Shown here: piece by piece, positions 13,301 through 25,300 of the stretch | How the letters are laid out: each line of letters begins with the position of its first letter | How positions within the stretch are numbered: position 1 is the first letter of the stretch | Source of the DNA: Sphagnum compactum | Lineage: Eukaryota | Length of the DNA stretch: 64,000 nt | NCBI GenBank assembly: GCA_965153455.1 | Contig: OZ234493.1 | Coordinates: forward strand, 496,001-560,000 | Direction of reading: 5' to 3' | The notes under the pieces: generated by a model | What the model saw: only the letters and a program-made list of their open reading frames with translations | Database searches by the model: none | What the model was told of the DNA's origin: nothing | Made by a program: the position numbers and the translations under genes

Positions 13301-13729
13301 AAATACCTTTTGCTTCACTTATAACCTACCTACCAACTACCATTTGTGAGGTTTGATCCCTTGATCTTTAGAACGGAGGCAAACACCCCCACGATCAAGC
13401 CATCACATTTTTTGTGATAATGTTTTGCATTGCATTGTATTTATCCAATGCTTCATTTTAAACATTACAAAAACATAAACTTTAGAAATTCATATTTTAT
13501 TGAGATTTTGTCCAAATGAAATGATTAAAGTTTGATTTAAATTTTTTTTCAATAATGTACATAATTACATTTATTTTCTTTTGTAAATGTAAAATCATTT
13601 GAACATTTTTTTAAAAAATATCATTATTCAATAACATTTCAATGACCATTTTTTTGAAATTTTTTTTTTTAATAAATGGATAAATTTTTTGCTAATATAA
13701 TAATACTACCTATGTTAGGTTACTTTTAA

Positions 13730-14705
13730 TTATTCTAGGGTTATTTTTCATTGTACTAAATTATTTCACCCTACATCATTACAACTATTTATGGTTATTT
13801 TCAGATTTTTTTTGTTATTTTAAATTATTTAAACCTAGATTACTTTTGGTTATTTTAAGTTATTTCACCTTAGGTTGTTTTCGACTATTGTAAGTTATTT
13901 TTTGTTATTTTATGCAATTTTTGGCTATTATAGGTTATTTACGAATATTATAAGTTATTTTTAATTATTATATTTTATTTCTAACTATGTGAAGTTATTA
14001 TTGGTTACTTTTGGCTATTAAAAGTTATTTCATCTTATTTTATTATTGGCTATTTTAAATTATATTATCATAGGCTATTTGTGGCTATTATATTGGTCGC
14101 TATTGATGATTATTGGTTACTTTTCTATTGGTGGATATTAATGATTATTCTATTAATGCCTATTAGTACATATTCTATTGGTGGCTATTATTGGTTATTA
14201 TTGGTTATTGGTGGTTATTAATGGTTATTTTATTGGTGCCTATTAATGGCCATTCTATTAATAACTATTGGTGGCTATTTTATAAATGGCTATTGGTGAC
14301 TATTTTATTAATGGCTATTGGTGGCTATTGTATTAATGGGTATTAGTGGCTATTGTATTAATGGCTATCAATGGAGCTATTTTATTAATGGTTATTGGTG
14401 GATATTTTATTAGTGAATATTGGTGGTTATTTTAGGTTAAATTATTATAGGTTATTGGTGCTTATTAGTGGTTATTATATTAGTGACTATAAATGGTTAT
14501 TTTATTAATGGTTATTGGTGCTTATTAATGGTTATTATATTAGTGGTTATTTTAGGTTATTTTATTGTAGGCCATTGGTGGTTATCTTATTGATGGCTAT
14601 TGATGGTTATTTTATTGATGGTTGTTAATGGTTATTTTATTAATGGTTATCGGTGGTTATTCTATTATAAGCTATTATTGGATATTTTAGGCTATATTTT
14701 TAAGG
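13730..14705 (+). repeat. Degenerate (TTATTGGTGG/GGTTATT)-type low-complexity satellite inside an AT-rich non-autonomous element
   Basis: Dozens of GGTTATT / GGCTATT / ATTGGTGG motifs. The same array occurs in reverse orientation at 32560-33036 and 35280-35490. Confidence 0.85.
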
Positions 14706-17700
14706 TTCCACAGTGATTTAAGATAGTGAACTACACCCCACTTTTGTATTAGTGCATGGACATGTAAGACTAACACACTACTAGTCATAAAATCAATTGG
14801 TTTGGACATTAGTTGCATAGTAATCACAAAGGCATGGTCAAAATGGACAATATTTTTTCTAGTGAAGGCTTTTACTCATTTATAAATTAATTCTATCTCT
14901 CATGCTGTTATAGTGCAACAACTTTGGTTAATGTATTCTATTGATTCAATGCAGCATCCTTCACTGAATCACTTGCTAAATTTTCTAGTTCAAAGAGTGC
15001 ATCGTAAGAAACTAGAAGCTGGTAGTGCTTCTAATTCTAATTTGATGAATTTCAATGTGAACATGCAGCTTGAACATGAATTCAAATGTAGTTTATAATT
15101 CAAACATAATACTAAATATTAAACATTAATTTATTATTTTCTATTTTTTTTAAAAATTATTGGTTATTGATTATCTACTATTTATCAATATTTATCGATT
15201 ATTTACTATGAATTAATAATTATCAATTAATATACAACAAATAATTATTAAGTAAAAACTTAGTTTTGAATAATCATTTGTCAATAATTATTAACAATTA
15301 CATATTGACTACTATTAATTATTATAAAATACTTTCCAATATTAGCCATAAATTTTGATAAAATTAATAAATTGATAATAATAATTAATCAATTAACAAG
15401 TTGATGGATAAATTAGTTATTGGTTATTAATTAACATCTATTTGGTGACTAATCAACTACATAAAATATAATGATAAATTATTGAATATTAATTATCAAT
15501 TATTAAATATTAATTAAACGATGTACTAAGTTTAAGTATCTACATGTGCCTAAAGGTAGCATGTAGGTAACCTATGAAAGTTTATAAGTACCTACTAGGT
15601 GTAAATGTTTAGCCTAGGGCCTACTAACTTTGAACTTAAGTTTGGTATGAATCCTAGGTCAAATAAATTTGAAAGTTAAATAGCCAAATAGTATGGTTGA
15701 TTTGACTAAATGTCAAATTAAAATGGTCGATTCGACTAATGGTAAATCATAAAATTTGACCATTTAGTATGGTCAATTTGATTAACCTCTGAACTTTTTG
15801 ACCAAATGTTTGGTTTGTCGCTTGACGATCACAAAGCCTTTCACTAAGAAATATATGTTAATAAAAAATAATTGCAAATTATAAATACACACCCCTTCTA
15901 ATGAAAAAAGTCATTGAAAACTATATTGGCCTCGTTTCACTTTACAAGGAGGTAACCCTCGGAGTGTGGGACCTTACATTCAAGATAACTTCATGGGCGG
16001 TAAGGATTCTGAAGAAACCAGAGATAAGCTTGGAGTTCTATTTCCTGAAAAATGGAAACAAATTGTTGTTTATTCATCACCATTGTTGTTTTTTCACTAT
16101 CATAGACCTAATTCATATATCTTCCTATAGAGTTGTAAATGTCTAATGAATGCCATGGCTTTAAATCATCAACTTCACATGTAATTTTTGGTATAGTGTG
16201 TATGACACTTCATCCAGTACTACTTCATGTTATAGTTTTGCAACAACAAAAGAACAACATGAAGATGTAAAAACTATGTTTTTTTTTCAATCAATGATGA
16301 AAGAACTCACTACTTGAATAAGTGCAGTGTGGAACTATGATCAAATTGAAAGCTTCATGCAAAGGGAACTCATCAGTTCATATTCAAAAGTCATGTTCCG
16401 ACAATGACATAATACCATGTTGAATTTTCATATTTTTGAATTATCAAAGTTATGGGTAAAGTCAGGCGATTAGGGGGTGAGAACGACCAGTTTCGGCATA
16501 ACAGGGCATCAAATGTGTAACTGGGAATGAAATTTTACAAAACGAAATAAATGGGACCCAAACTACTTTTTCCACCAATTTCGGTGGTAAATTGAGTTTC
16601 GTCCCCTCTTTCCTTTTTCCTGAGCGCCTCCACTCCTGCTACATATATTTTCACTGCTCCTACTTGTACAACTACTATAATTATTCTCGAACCTTGTGCA
16701 TTAAATGCTGAGTTTCAGAATTTCATACCGAGATTTAATAAAATTTCACTACTTTGCAGATACCACTGAAAGAGGGGATAGGGGGTGAAAACAGAAGGGA
16801 CAGGGGGTGAAAGAGAGGATGACTTTACAGATAACTTTATTGTGTCAAAAATTGAATGTGTTTTTTGCAATTCAAAAATTCCCACTTCAAACTAGCAATT
16901 CCTTTGGAAACAATGGTTGTTGTTGCTTTGCCTTGTTTTGGTAGTGGATTTACTCTTTGCAAATTGGTTGGTGAGGTGTGTGGCATTGCTAAAAGTACAA
17001 CATCCATTACTGGTCAATAGTTTTTTGAAGTGATTTTTAAGCCACAACTTTGAAGATTAAGCAAATGACTTTAGAATTCAAAACTTTGCATTACATTCCT
17101 ACATCATTGTCCAAAACACACATTCATTTTGAATTTTGGGCATCATTTCATTATTATGATCCACCCCATTATAATTTTAATTGACATATATGTTGACGCA
17201 TATAAATATGAGTGTAATGCCTTTGCCTTAATGGTAAGGTTCCAATCTTAGCAAAATCATTCCCATCTCCCTTCTTTTTTTTGTGTTCTTGTATGTTCCT
17301 GTATGATTCCCAATATTATGCAAGATCCTTCATGTGCATGGGAAAGGGTTTGGTAGATAGGCTCAAAAGAAATAGGTTATTAAATTATTCAAATATGCAT
17401 AACATGAAAATGAAAATGCATATATTAATTTGCCTTTTCATCCATGTAGGTGGGTAGGAGAAAGAAACAAGCTAGTTAGGCTTGGAAGAGGTAGGTATAA
17501 ACAGCACAAAATACACAACAATATTTTGGTTGCATAAATGAATGAAGGTAAGTAGGTAGATAGGAAAGTAGAAAGGAAGGAAGAAGGTGTAAAGTAGATA
17601 TTTAAGGTATGAGATCAACTCGAGCAATGTAGTAAACACATCACTTGGAAAAAGCTCCATTAGATACTAGTGATGCACAATAAAAGCTCTCAACCAATAG

Positions 17701-18624
17701 AAATGAATCAAGACTGGCCCAACTTTTGAATGGGCCATAGTCTCAGGTGCCCCTTAGGGTATTCTTGCAGGCTCAAGGGTGAACGGGCACGTACACTGGT
17801 ACCTTCTCCTTGCAGATACATGGTGAAAAAAATTCAAAGGACCCAAATGACCAAAACTTGCAACTTTCAAACACACTTCCGAGAGTCCAGGAAACGAACC
17901 CCCCACCTAACTATTACCAATATTGACATTGCCCCTCTTGCAGCCTCACACATATGACCGAGACTTCAATCGGATTATGTGGGGTTGCACATGGTACCAC
18001 AGTTCACAGGAACTTGCCCGAATTAGTCTCACACATGGGGGAGGAACGAATTAGTCTCACACATGGGGAGGACTAAACTAGATAATAACTACACTGAATT
18101 TATGCTCGACTCTCTCCACAAGGAAGGAATACCCTTAATAAGTCAGGATTTACTCTTCAAAGGAATACTCAACCCGAAAAAGAAAACAAGACAGCTCGGG
18201 TCATCCACTACTGAATCTGCTCCTCATGTGAGTTGACAGTTCTAAACATGCAATAGTTCAAATAGGAAGCGTGCAATTGCAAAATTGAACTCACAGTTCA
18301 AAATAGTTCAAAATACGTAACACCTCGTGAACATTCCTCAAAATGTGGGAGCAAATAAAAAATTTCTTAACTGGCTGAGGCTTTCCATTTACAAGGATCT
18401 GAGTTAATTTATACCTAAATGAAACTAGGTAACATTTTTAGTTTATTTTTACAAAAGCATTTCTTGACTTTTATAATATTCTAGTCACTGCAGAGATCCT
18501 ATTGGCAGTCACCCCATGCCACCACTAAGTTATCCTCTACTCGGTTTTGACTCTTTCTGCTTTTAATTTTGCCCTTGTTTCCAGGGTTGGAACACTAGAT
18601 CTACCTTCCGGTCTTGCAACTTTG

Positions 18625-18640
18625 TGCTGTTTATAAGGGA
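18625..18640 (+). promoter_or_regulatory. Putative TATA box of the 18867 gene
   Basis: GCTGTTTATAAGGG about 235 nt upstream of the ATG, followed by a pyrimidine-rich stretch. The homologous position in the pseudogene reads GCTGTTCATAACC (about 6919-6931). Confidence 0.5.
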
Positions 18641-18866
18641 CTCATTACCCCCTCCGCTTTCCACCATCATTCCCCAACAGAATCCCTCTCACCAACACTT
18701 TCCTGTCCCATCAACGCTCTCTTTGCACGTTCAACCTTGAAACACTCCCACTTGCAGGCTACAAATCCGAACACTTCTGCAGCGACAAAGTTTCCCATCT
18801 ACAACTAGTTCTTTTGTGACTTTTCTTTTTAGCATAGTGCTTGAGACGTTGTGCTTGCATTATATT

Positions 18867-20240
18867 ATGGCTGCATGTACTGCCCTTCCTAGTGCCACAG
18901 GCTGTGAATTGATTTCTGGAAACCAATTTGCAGTGGGTCATTACAGCTCTAGTCATGGCATTACTCCCACTACTACTACTACTACTACTACCCTTCGCGG
19001 TAGTTCACAGGGTTTGAACATACAAGTGCCAATTCCGATGTCTAGAAAGTCTGTGCATGGATCCAAGCGTAGCAGATGTTATCAATTGGTAAGCCCTTCT
19101 TTTGCAATCGCCACACCCGGAGAGACCAAGTTCAACTCTGTGGACCAAGACTACTGGAATTCTTGCAATCCAGCAGCCCCTGACTCTCCCAGTTCTCCGT
19201 CCCAGCAAAACACCAAAGGCTGGACTGATGGAAATGAGCTGGAGGATTCTAGGCTAGTGGCTCAGTTCCGCAGCATCGCTTTGGCGGCCGAAGATCGTAG
19301 CCAGATGCATGCCATCATCGGTGTCCAACGAGATAACTGGAACGAGCTCTGCCACATGACGGTCAACATGACCACCATCGCAGCAGCCATACTGGCGGCC
19401 ATGAACAGCGGGGTCGGAGGTACCTCCGTGAGCATGTCCGTGGCAGCCTTCCTTCTCAACGGCGGTGCCGCTGCATTTATGTACTTGGCTAGCAAGTACC
19501 AGCCCTCGCAGCTCGCTGAGGAGCAACGTACGGCTTCTCGCTTCCATAAGCTGCTGGCTAGGGACATTCAGACCACTTTGTTGATCGATCCACGACTGCG
19601 GAAGGATGCGCACCTGTACATGGAAGAGGTGATGGCCAGGCTCCAGGCTCTTGATGTCGGGTTTCCTCTGCCCTTGAAGCCCAATGGCCTTGAGAAATTC
19701 CCCAAGGTTGTAGCACCCTCAGTGCTTGGCCCTGTTGCGGACCTCACCGAAACCGAAGTCCCAGCCAACAACACGAACGGGTGGACCAATGCGATCACGA
19801 ACGACCTCCAACGGACAGCTGATAAGCTGCAGACGTCGGACATCGCAAAATACGTGCGGGCGGCCAGAAACAAGGAGATTGCTAACAAAAGGCTAGCAAT
19901 ATTGGCTCCAGTGTGTGCAGGCGTTGCGGCTCTTTTGAGCTTACTCGGATGTTGGCCAGGGATTCATTTGGCGGGAGTAGCGGCAGCCTGCAGTATAGTG
20001 GCGGTGTTGACGAGTAGCTTTTCCAACGGCGGGCAAATTGGAATGATATTTGAGCTGTACAGAAACTGCGCAGGCTACTATGCAGAGATGGAGCAAGATA
20101 TTCAAAGCACGATGAGGGCACCCGTTTGCCAGAGAGAGGACGGAGAATTGTACCACCAAAAAATTGCACTCCAACTGGGACGCCGTGACCGCATGCCATT
20201 GTTTTCATCGCAGGAAAAGACTGCTGGCAAGCTCTTCTGA
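18867..20240 (+). CDS. Intronless 457-aa At4g22030-like ('probable F-box' / petal formation-expressed, Chloroplast_duf-like) membrane protein with two tandem 2TM modules
   Basis: Long GC-richer ORF; the first ATG (18867) matches the pseudogene start. Family-typical motifs: DRSQMHAIIGVQRDNWN, QPSQLAEEQR, LQALDVGFPLPL, NGW, GGQIGMIFELYRNCAGYY, REDGELY..KIALQLGR and C-terminal AGKLF. Ser/Thr-rich N-terminus resembles a transit peptide. Family assignment is from memory of the motifs, not from a search. Confidence 0.9.
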   Translation: MAACTALPSATGCELISGNQFAVGHYSSSHGITPTTTTTTTTLRGSSQGLNIQVPIPMSRKSVHGSKRSRCYQLVSPSFAIATPGETKFNSVDQDYWNSCNPAAPDSPSSPSQQNTKGWTDGNELEDSRLVAQFRSIALAAEDRSQMHAIIGVQRDNWNELCHMTVNMTTIAAAILAAMNSGVGGTSVSMSVAAFLLNGGAAAFMYLASKYQPSQLAEEQRTASRFHKLLARDIQTTLLIDPRLRKDAHLYMEEVMARLQALDVGFPLPLKPNGLEKFPKVVAPSVLGPVADLTETEVPANNTNGWTNAITNDLQRTADKLQTSDIAKYVRAARNKEIANKRLAILAPVCAGVAALLSLLGCWPGIHLAGVAAACSIVAVLTSSFSNGGQIGMIFELYRNCAGYYAEMEQDIQSTMRAPVCQREDGELYHQKIALQLGRRDRMPLFSSQEKTAGKLF

Positions 20241-22321
20241 AGAGCTGAGCTTGTGAAAATTTGTGCAAATTCAAACACCATTTCTTCAACAGCAGCAATG
20301 AAGTTCCCCCATTTTTGAGAGCTAGGAGATGGCTTTTCATGGAGTGTAAGCTAGGTTGTGAAACATACAAAGAAATTACAGAAGTGAAACAGACTCGGCG
20401 AGTGTCATGAGATTGACTGATGAAGCCTGCAATCTCCTTCCACTTAGTACAATTTAGGTCCAGGATTGGAGATTGAATCACTGTACACTGCCACTGTTTT
20501 TTAATTAAGTCAAAATGCTCTGTTTCTCTATTACCAAACTTTGCTTATGAGATATAATGAGATAAAATGGGGACAAGATAAGTTATCAGCATCTCCACCA
20601 ATACACCCCCAGTCACTAGCCGATTTGTGACAGATGACAGCTCTTTTGTCTTAGGTCATCTTTGTTATAGTTGATTGTCATTTCGTAGTCATGAGTCCTC
20701 TTTGCATAGGGTCTTTACCTGATTTTTGTCGAATGTTTGCTTTTGTTTTTTGTTTGGGTTGTGTCTACTTATGTTCTCACTTGCCTTGTACTTTTGCTGC
20801 ATGGGTTCCCATCCTTAATTTTTATTTACAAGGGTTTTTCTTCTATTTGGGCCTCAACCAACATTTAGCACATGTCACATAGAGTGCCAATTATTTCCCC
20901 ATCCCCATCCATAAATATGAAAAATTGGACAATTTAAAGTGAGAAACTATTTAAATGCCATCACATGGGCCTATCATTACGGTGAGCCAATAAAAAAAAA
21001 TCATTTTTTTAATTGCACCTTTTGAAGATTAGCGTGTCCTCTGCATATTTCTAAGTCCAAACTCAATTTCAGGCTATTTAAAGATTATACTTCATAATAT
21101 AAGTCCTGAGATTCACAGCCAACATAGTGTTGCTGATGGAGATGCTCGAACTCTAAGAACAGTATAGACCCCATTGTCACCAGCCCTTCTCAACATAAAA
21201 AACTGACATAATTTCAATCTGCCACCCCAGAGCACCTTACAGATTTGTAAGGTGCAACCAAACACAAAAGAAATGTTAGGGCAGGTCTTGATGTTCCAGG
21301 AACAACCATTCCAATACATACTTGTGTAAAATTGATGTAGCAGTTGATGACTGGAATGCTGCTATTGATGGTCAGTGTTTCCATTCAAGGATTTCTAGAA
21401 ATTACAACAGGGACCAGATGTGTGGTTGGTGATCATTTCATGGGTATTACAGTAATACTATTACTGAGGCAATGACACTTCCCCAAGACCCTTCAGAAAG
21501 AAAAGAGTTCGGGCTTGTTCAACTCATACCATCTCATTTCATTACATGCTAGAATCTATTGACTGATTGAAAGGGCAAAGCAGCCAAATATGAACTCAAA
21601 ACACTCATGCACGCTCAAAGAAGTGTTGTTGAACTTGTTCAGAAAGCAGTCAACAAGTAAACCTAGCAAAAGAGTCCATCTGCAACTAAGACAAAAGAGC
21701 AGAAGAATCATTTCAAATTGTTCAAAGTGGAGCACCCAATGAAACAGAATTGAGAGTATCAATGTACAAAGTGTGAAGCAAAAGGACTTGAACCCAGCCG
21801 TTAATGGTCATCAAAGATGGTTTATAATCTTTGTTTTGATTATAAAGAAACTAAACATCAGACATGTTAGAAAATAGGTTTTCAGCTAGTCAAATATTTG
21901 AATTTAAACCACAAAGGTCATATTAACACTTCTGCAACCCAACAATCAGCATTTTATCGAACTGCTACAAATAATGTTCTACAATCCTAATACACCACAA
22001 AAGACTGTGCCAGGATTGTCACTCCTTGTATTATTCCAATTTGAGGGGAATACAAGGCTGATGCCCAAGCCAGGGCAGAAATGCATACATTCCCCAATGA
22101 AGAAATAGACCACCACAAGATGAGGGTTGTTCGGGAGGGGAGCAGCGGCTGGGAAATGGGCTGGTCAAGACATAATGAAGTAGATAAGTCTGGGAAAACC
22201 AAGATAGGATTTGAACATTTTGCCTGATGGTACCATGGCCAAAGGGCCAAACTCCTGAGGCAATCACCCCAAGACCCTCAACCCTCCCCTACTGAGACCC
22301 TGTAAATGTTGATGATTCAGC

Positions 22322-25300
22322 CTAGGCTGCAAATTTGGACTCGCAATAATTTTCAATGTACTCAAAAGTCATACTCTTGGGTCTCTCAATTGGAAGGCCT
22401 AGTGCTCGGTCCCAAATCAGCTGCAAAAAACCAAGTAACTTAGAGTCAATGAATTGTTTAAGATATCACAAAATCTCTAATGATAAACTTGCTGCTGGAT
22501 GTAATTGTCATGTGAATGTCATCTCTTTTTCTTGAACTTGTGTGTGCAGTCAGAACATAATGAGCGTGGAGTAGTCATCAGAGTTATCATTTTGGAATAT
22601 ACAAGATCTTCACCAACAGTTCAGGGTTACAGTTGGAATTGCAAAAATGGTCCTCCCTGTAAATATGATACAAGCCTGTAATTCTCAATAGAATATGATC
22701 AGATCAGGTTGCAGAAGTACAAGAGATATGCACTGAAATGCACAATCTGAAGGCAGCCTCTGTAACATCACACTCTTTTTATCCCTTCTCAATTCAAATA
22801 GCTTCTCTTATATATTTACCTATAAACATTTTAGGACTGAACTGTCATGTTCTCATCAGTGGCAAAGAAATTTTGCATTAGAATTTACCTGGGATAGGAC
22901 ACCCAAGGCTCGAGCCACCCCAAAGAGCACAGTGTAAAAGCTGTAACACGTATCACAAAGAAATTTAGAGACTCCCAAAAAGGGTTCTGCTGTTTCATCA
23001 TCTGTGATGAGTGATGTAGTCACCATATAGAACAGAAACTCTCCAGTTCAGCAACACCACTTAATGTTATAGGATGAACTTACTTTTGTTCTGTCAGGCC
23101 AAAGTATTGAAGTAGAACCCCACTGTGTGCATCCACATTAGGGTAAGGATTCTTCACCTGCATAGAAACTCATTTCTCAGCATGCCAGTCTTACTGTCAG
23201 CTACTAAAAGTTCCTCTTCCAAAGAACAGCATGAGAGCAGCATGAGAGTTTGTTTGCTGGCTCACAGTTAACTGATTTGTTCAAAAGATGTAAACTATTG
23301 AAATGCCAAATCCCCTCTTGTTGACTGTATTCAAATAGCTTCTCCAGCCAAGGCCAACTCCAATTTCAAACACCTCTTACAGAATAGTTTCAGCATGGAT
23401 AGTTATTATCAGCAATTATTCATGTCATTACTCAAAGCAATCCATCTGGTGCTAATATCTCAACATAATAGTGAATACAATGCATCACAAGAAAGGACAG
23501 GCAAGCAGGTGTCAAACTTTCAACAACAGCCCCTTTACCTTGCCACCCTCAAGCAAAATAGGGGGAACAACCTCAAACAAGTCTGAGACCTGAAAAAATC
23601 CACCCACAAAGACACTGGATTATGTTAAAACTTGGAGCTCTTTGGGACTGATCGCTTTGGACTTATGCATACTCAGAAAAGTATGGTCATGAGTTTCAAA
23701 CAGAACAAAGCAGAGACAGAAGACTGCATCACCATTTTGAACATGGGATCATTGGGAAGATGCTTGAGGGCAAATTCACGCTGGCACATGTAACGGGGAT
23801 CTGTGTTCCGCAGAACAGCATGTCCAAAGCCAGGCACCACCTAACCCCATTGCCCATCCTAACTAATGTCAGTTTTCTGTCCATGGATAAAAGTCCAATA
23901 CTGCATCGAGGCTCAAGATCCCCTACATGCAAAAAAGCATGGATGCAACAAATTCTTTGCTGAACGTACTCATGAGTGTTCCAAGATCAGGATACAATGA
24001 AAGGGATTTGCAAGAAGTAAAGCTAGATCTGATTGAATGGTTTTGATTACCACTGTCAAGAATAGAAAAGCATCCACGCTCTATGCAAGCATTTTCATGG
24101 CATGCTGCAGATGAAACTTCATTGACATGTCCACAATGTTCATGATGTTTTGAGGAGTTAGCTTCCTAACCTTGCCACTCTTCAAGGTTTTGTAAACAAA
24201 TTCAGAAAGCTGTTTACGGCTGACATCACTTCCAACCTGTGCCACCAATTCTTGAAGCCACCTCAGGACTTCCTGCCACCTTTCCATATATCAGTAAACT
24301 GTAGTATGTTATGGTTCATATTCAGTCCTCTATCCAAAATGGGCCACAAATGACTACTACAATCAAACCAAGCATGCCACAATGAGTCAAGGACTGGCAA
24401 ATATCTGATGTAGAGAGTTGCCATGTACCTGGTTTGCAAGGCCATGAAGGGGGCCTGCCAAGCCATTCATCCCAGCAGCAAATGAGAGATACGGATCGGA
24501 CAGAGCACTTCCAACCTGAGAACAGAAGCACATTTTCAAGTGACAAACACATGAAGCTACCCACTAGAAAGAGTCTACTGTTAACACCCCAGAATTAGCT
24601 TTGAGTATCAGGCCTTAGCATTCAACATTTAGGATGATGTGTTAGGAGTTAAATTACAGGGTTCAAGCTTCCAAATTGAATACTAGAAGTTAGGAGGTGG
24701 AGTTAAAGGTTTGGTTAAGGGATTAGGACTGCTGTTCCCAGGAAGGCTTAAGTACAGAAGAAATCAACTTTCACAACCCAGCAGGAACATTGTTTTTATC
24801 TGACAAGACAGGACAGAACAATTACATCTGATTGACAGCTCTGTCTAGAGGGCAAGAGAAAATGAAAGGAAAAATGCACTTACAAGATGAACTGTGTGAG
24901 CACTCACATTGCCTCCCTCATGATCACTGGCACCAACACATCCATATCCCTCAGATAGAAGCAGTGATACCATTCAGAGTCCAGGCAATCTGCTAGCCTT
25001 CACCCACAAGGTGTTTACAAGTTCAGTTAAAAATCACATGAAGTTTCCAAGAAACAGAAGCTGGTGATGACCTGTGAATGCTGATATATAGGCGCATGAG
25101 CTCATGCATGAGCTCATCCTGAAACCCCAGCATCTGTGCAAAATTTGCAGCATAGTCCATATTGGGATCTGCCTCATGCAACACACCTCCCTTATAGGTC
25201 CTGTAACAAAATAAATTTCCAGAATATCTTAATAAGTTTTGAGAACTCCATATTCTCCATACTCATGATTTTTTAAAGTCAACCTGAATAGATATTGATA

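Noticed and set aside
10390-13700. Possible large DNA transposon with coding remnants
   Set aside because: Looks repeat-derived, but neither termini/TSD nor a protein motif could be identified with confidence.
18816-18866. ORF-track start at GTG 18816
   Set aside because: Eukaryotic gene; ATG 18867 aligns with the paralog's ATG at 7217.
19005-20481. Several antisense ORFs up to 199 aa
   Set aside because: Shadows of the GC-rich sense CDS, with no recognisable motifs.
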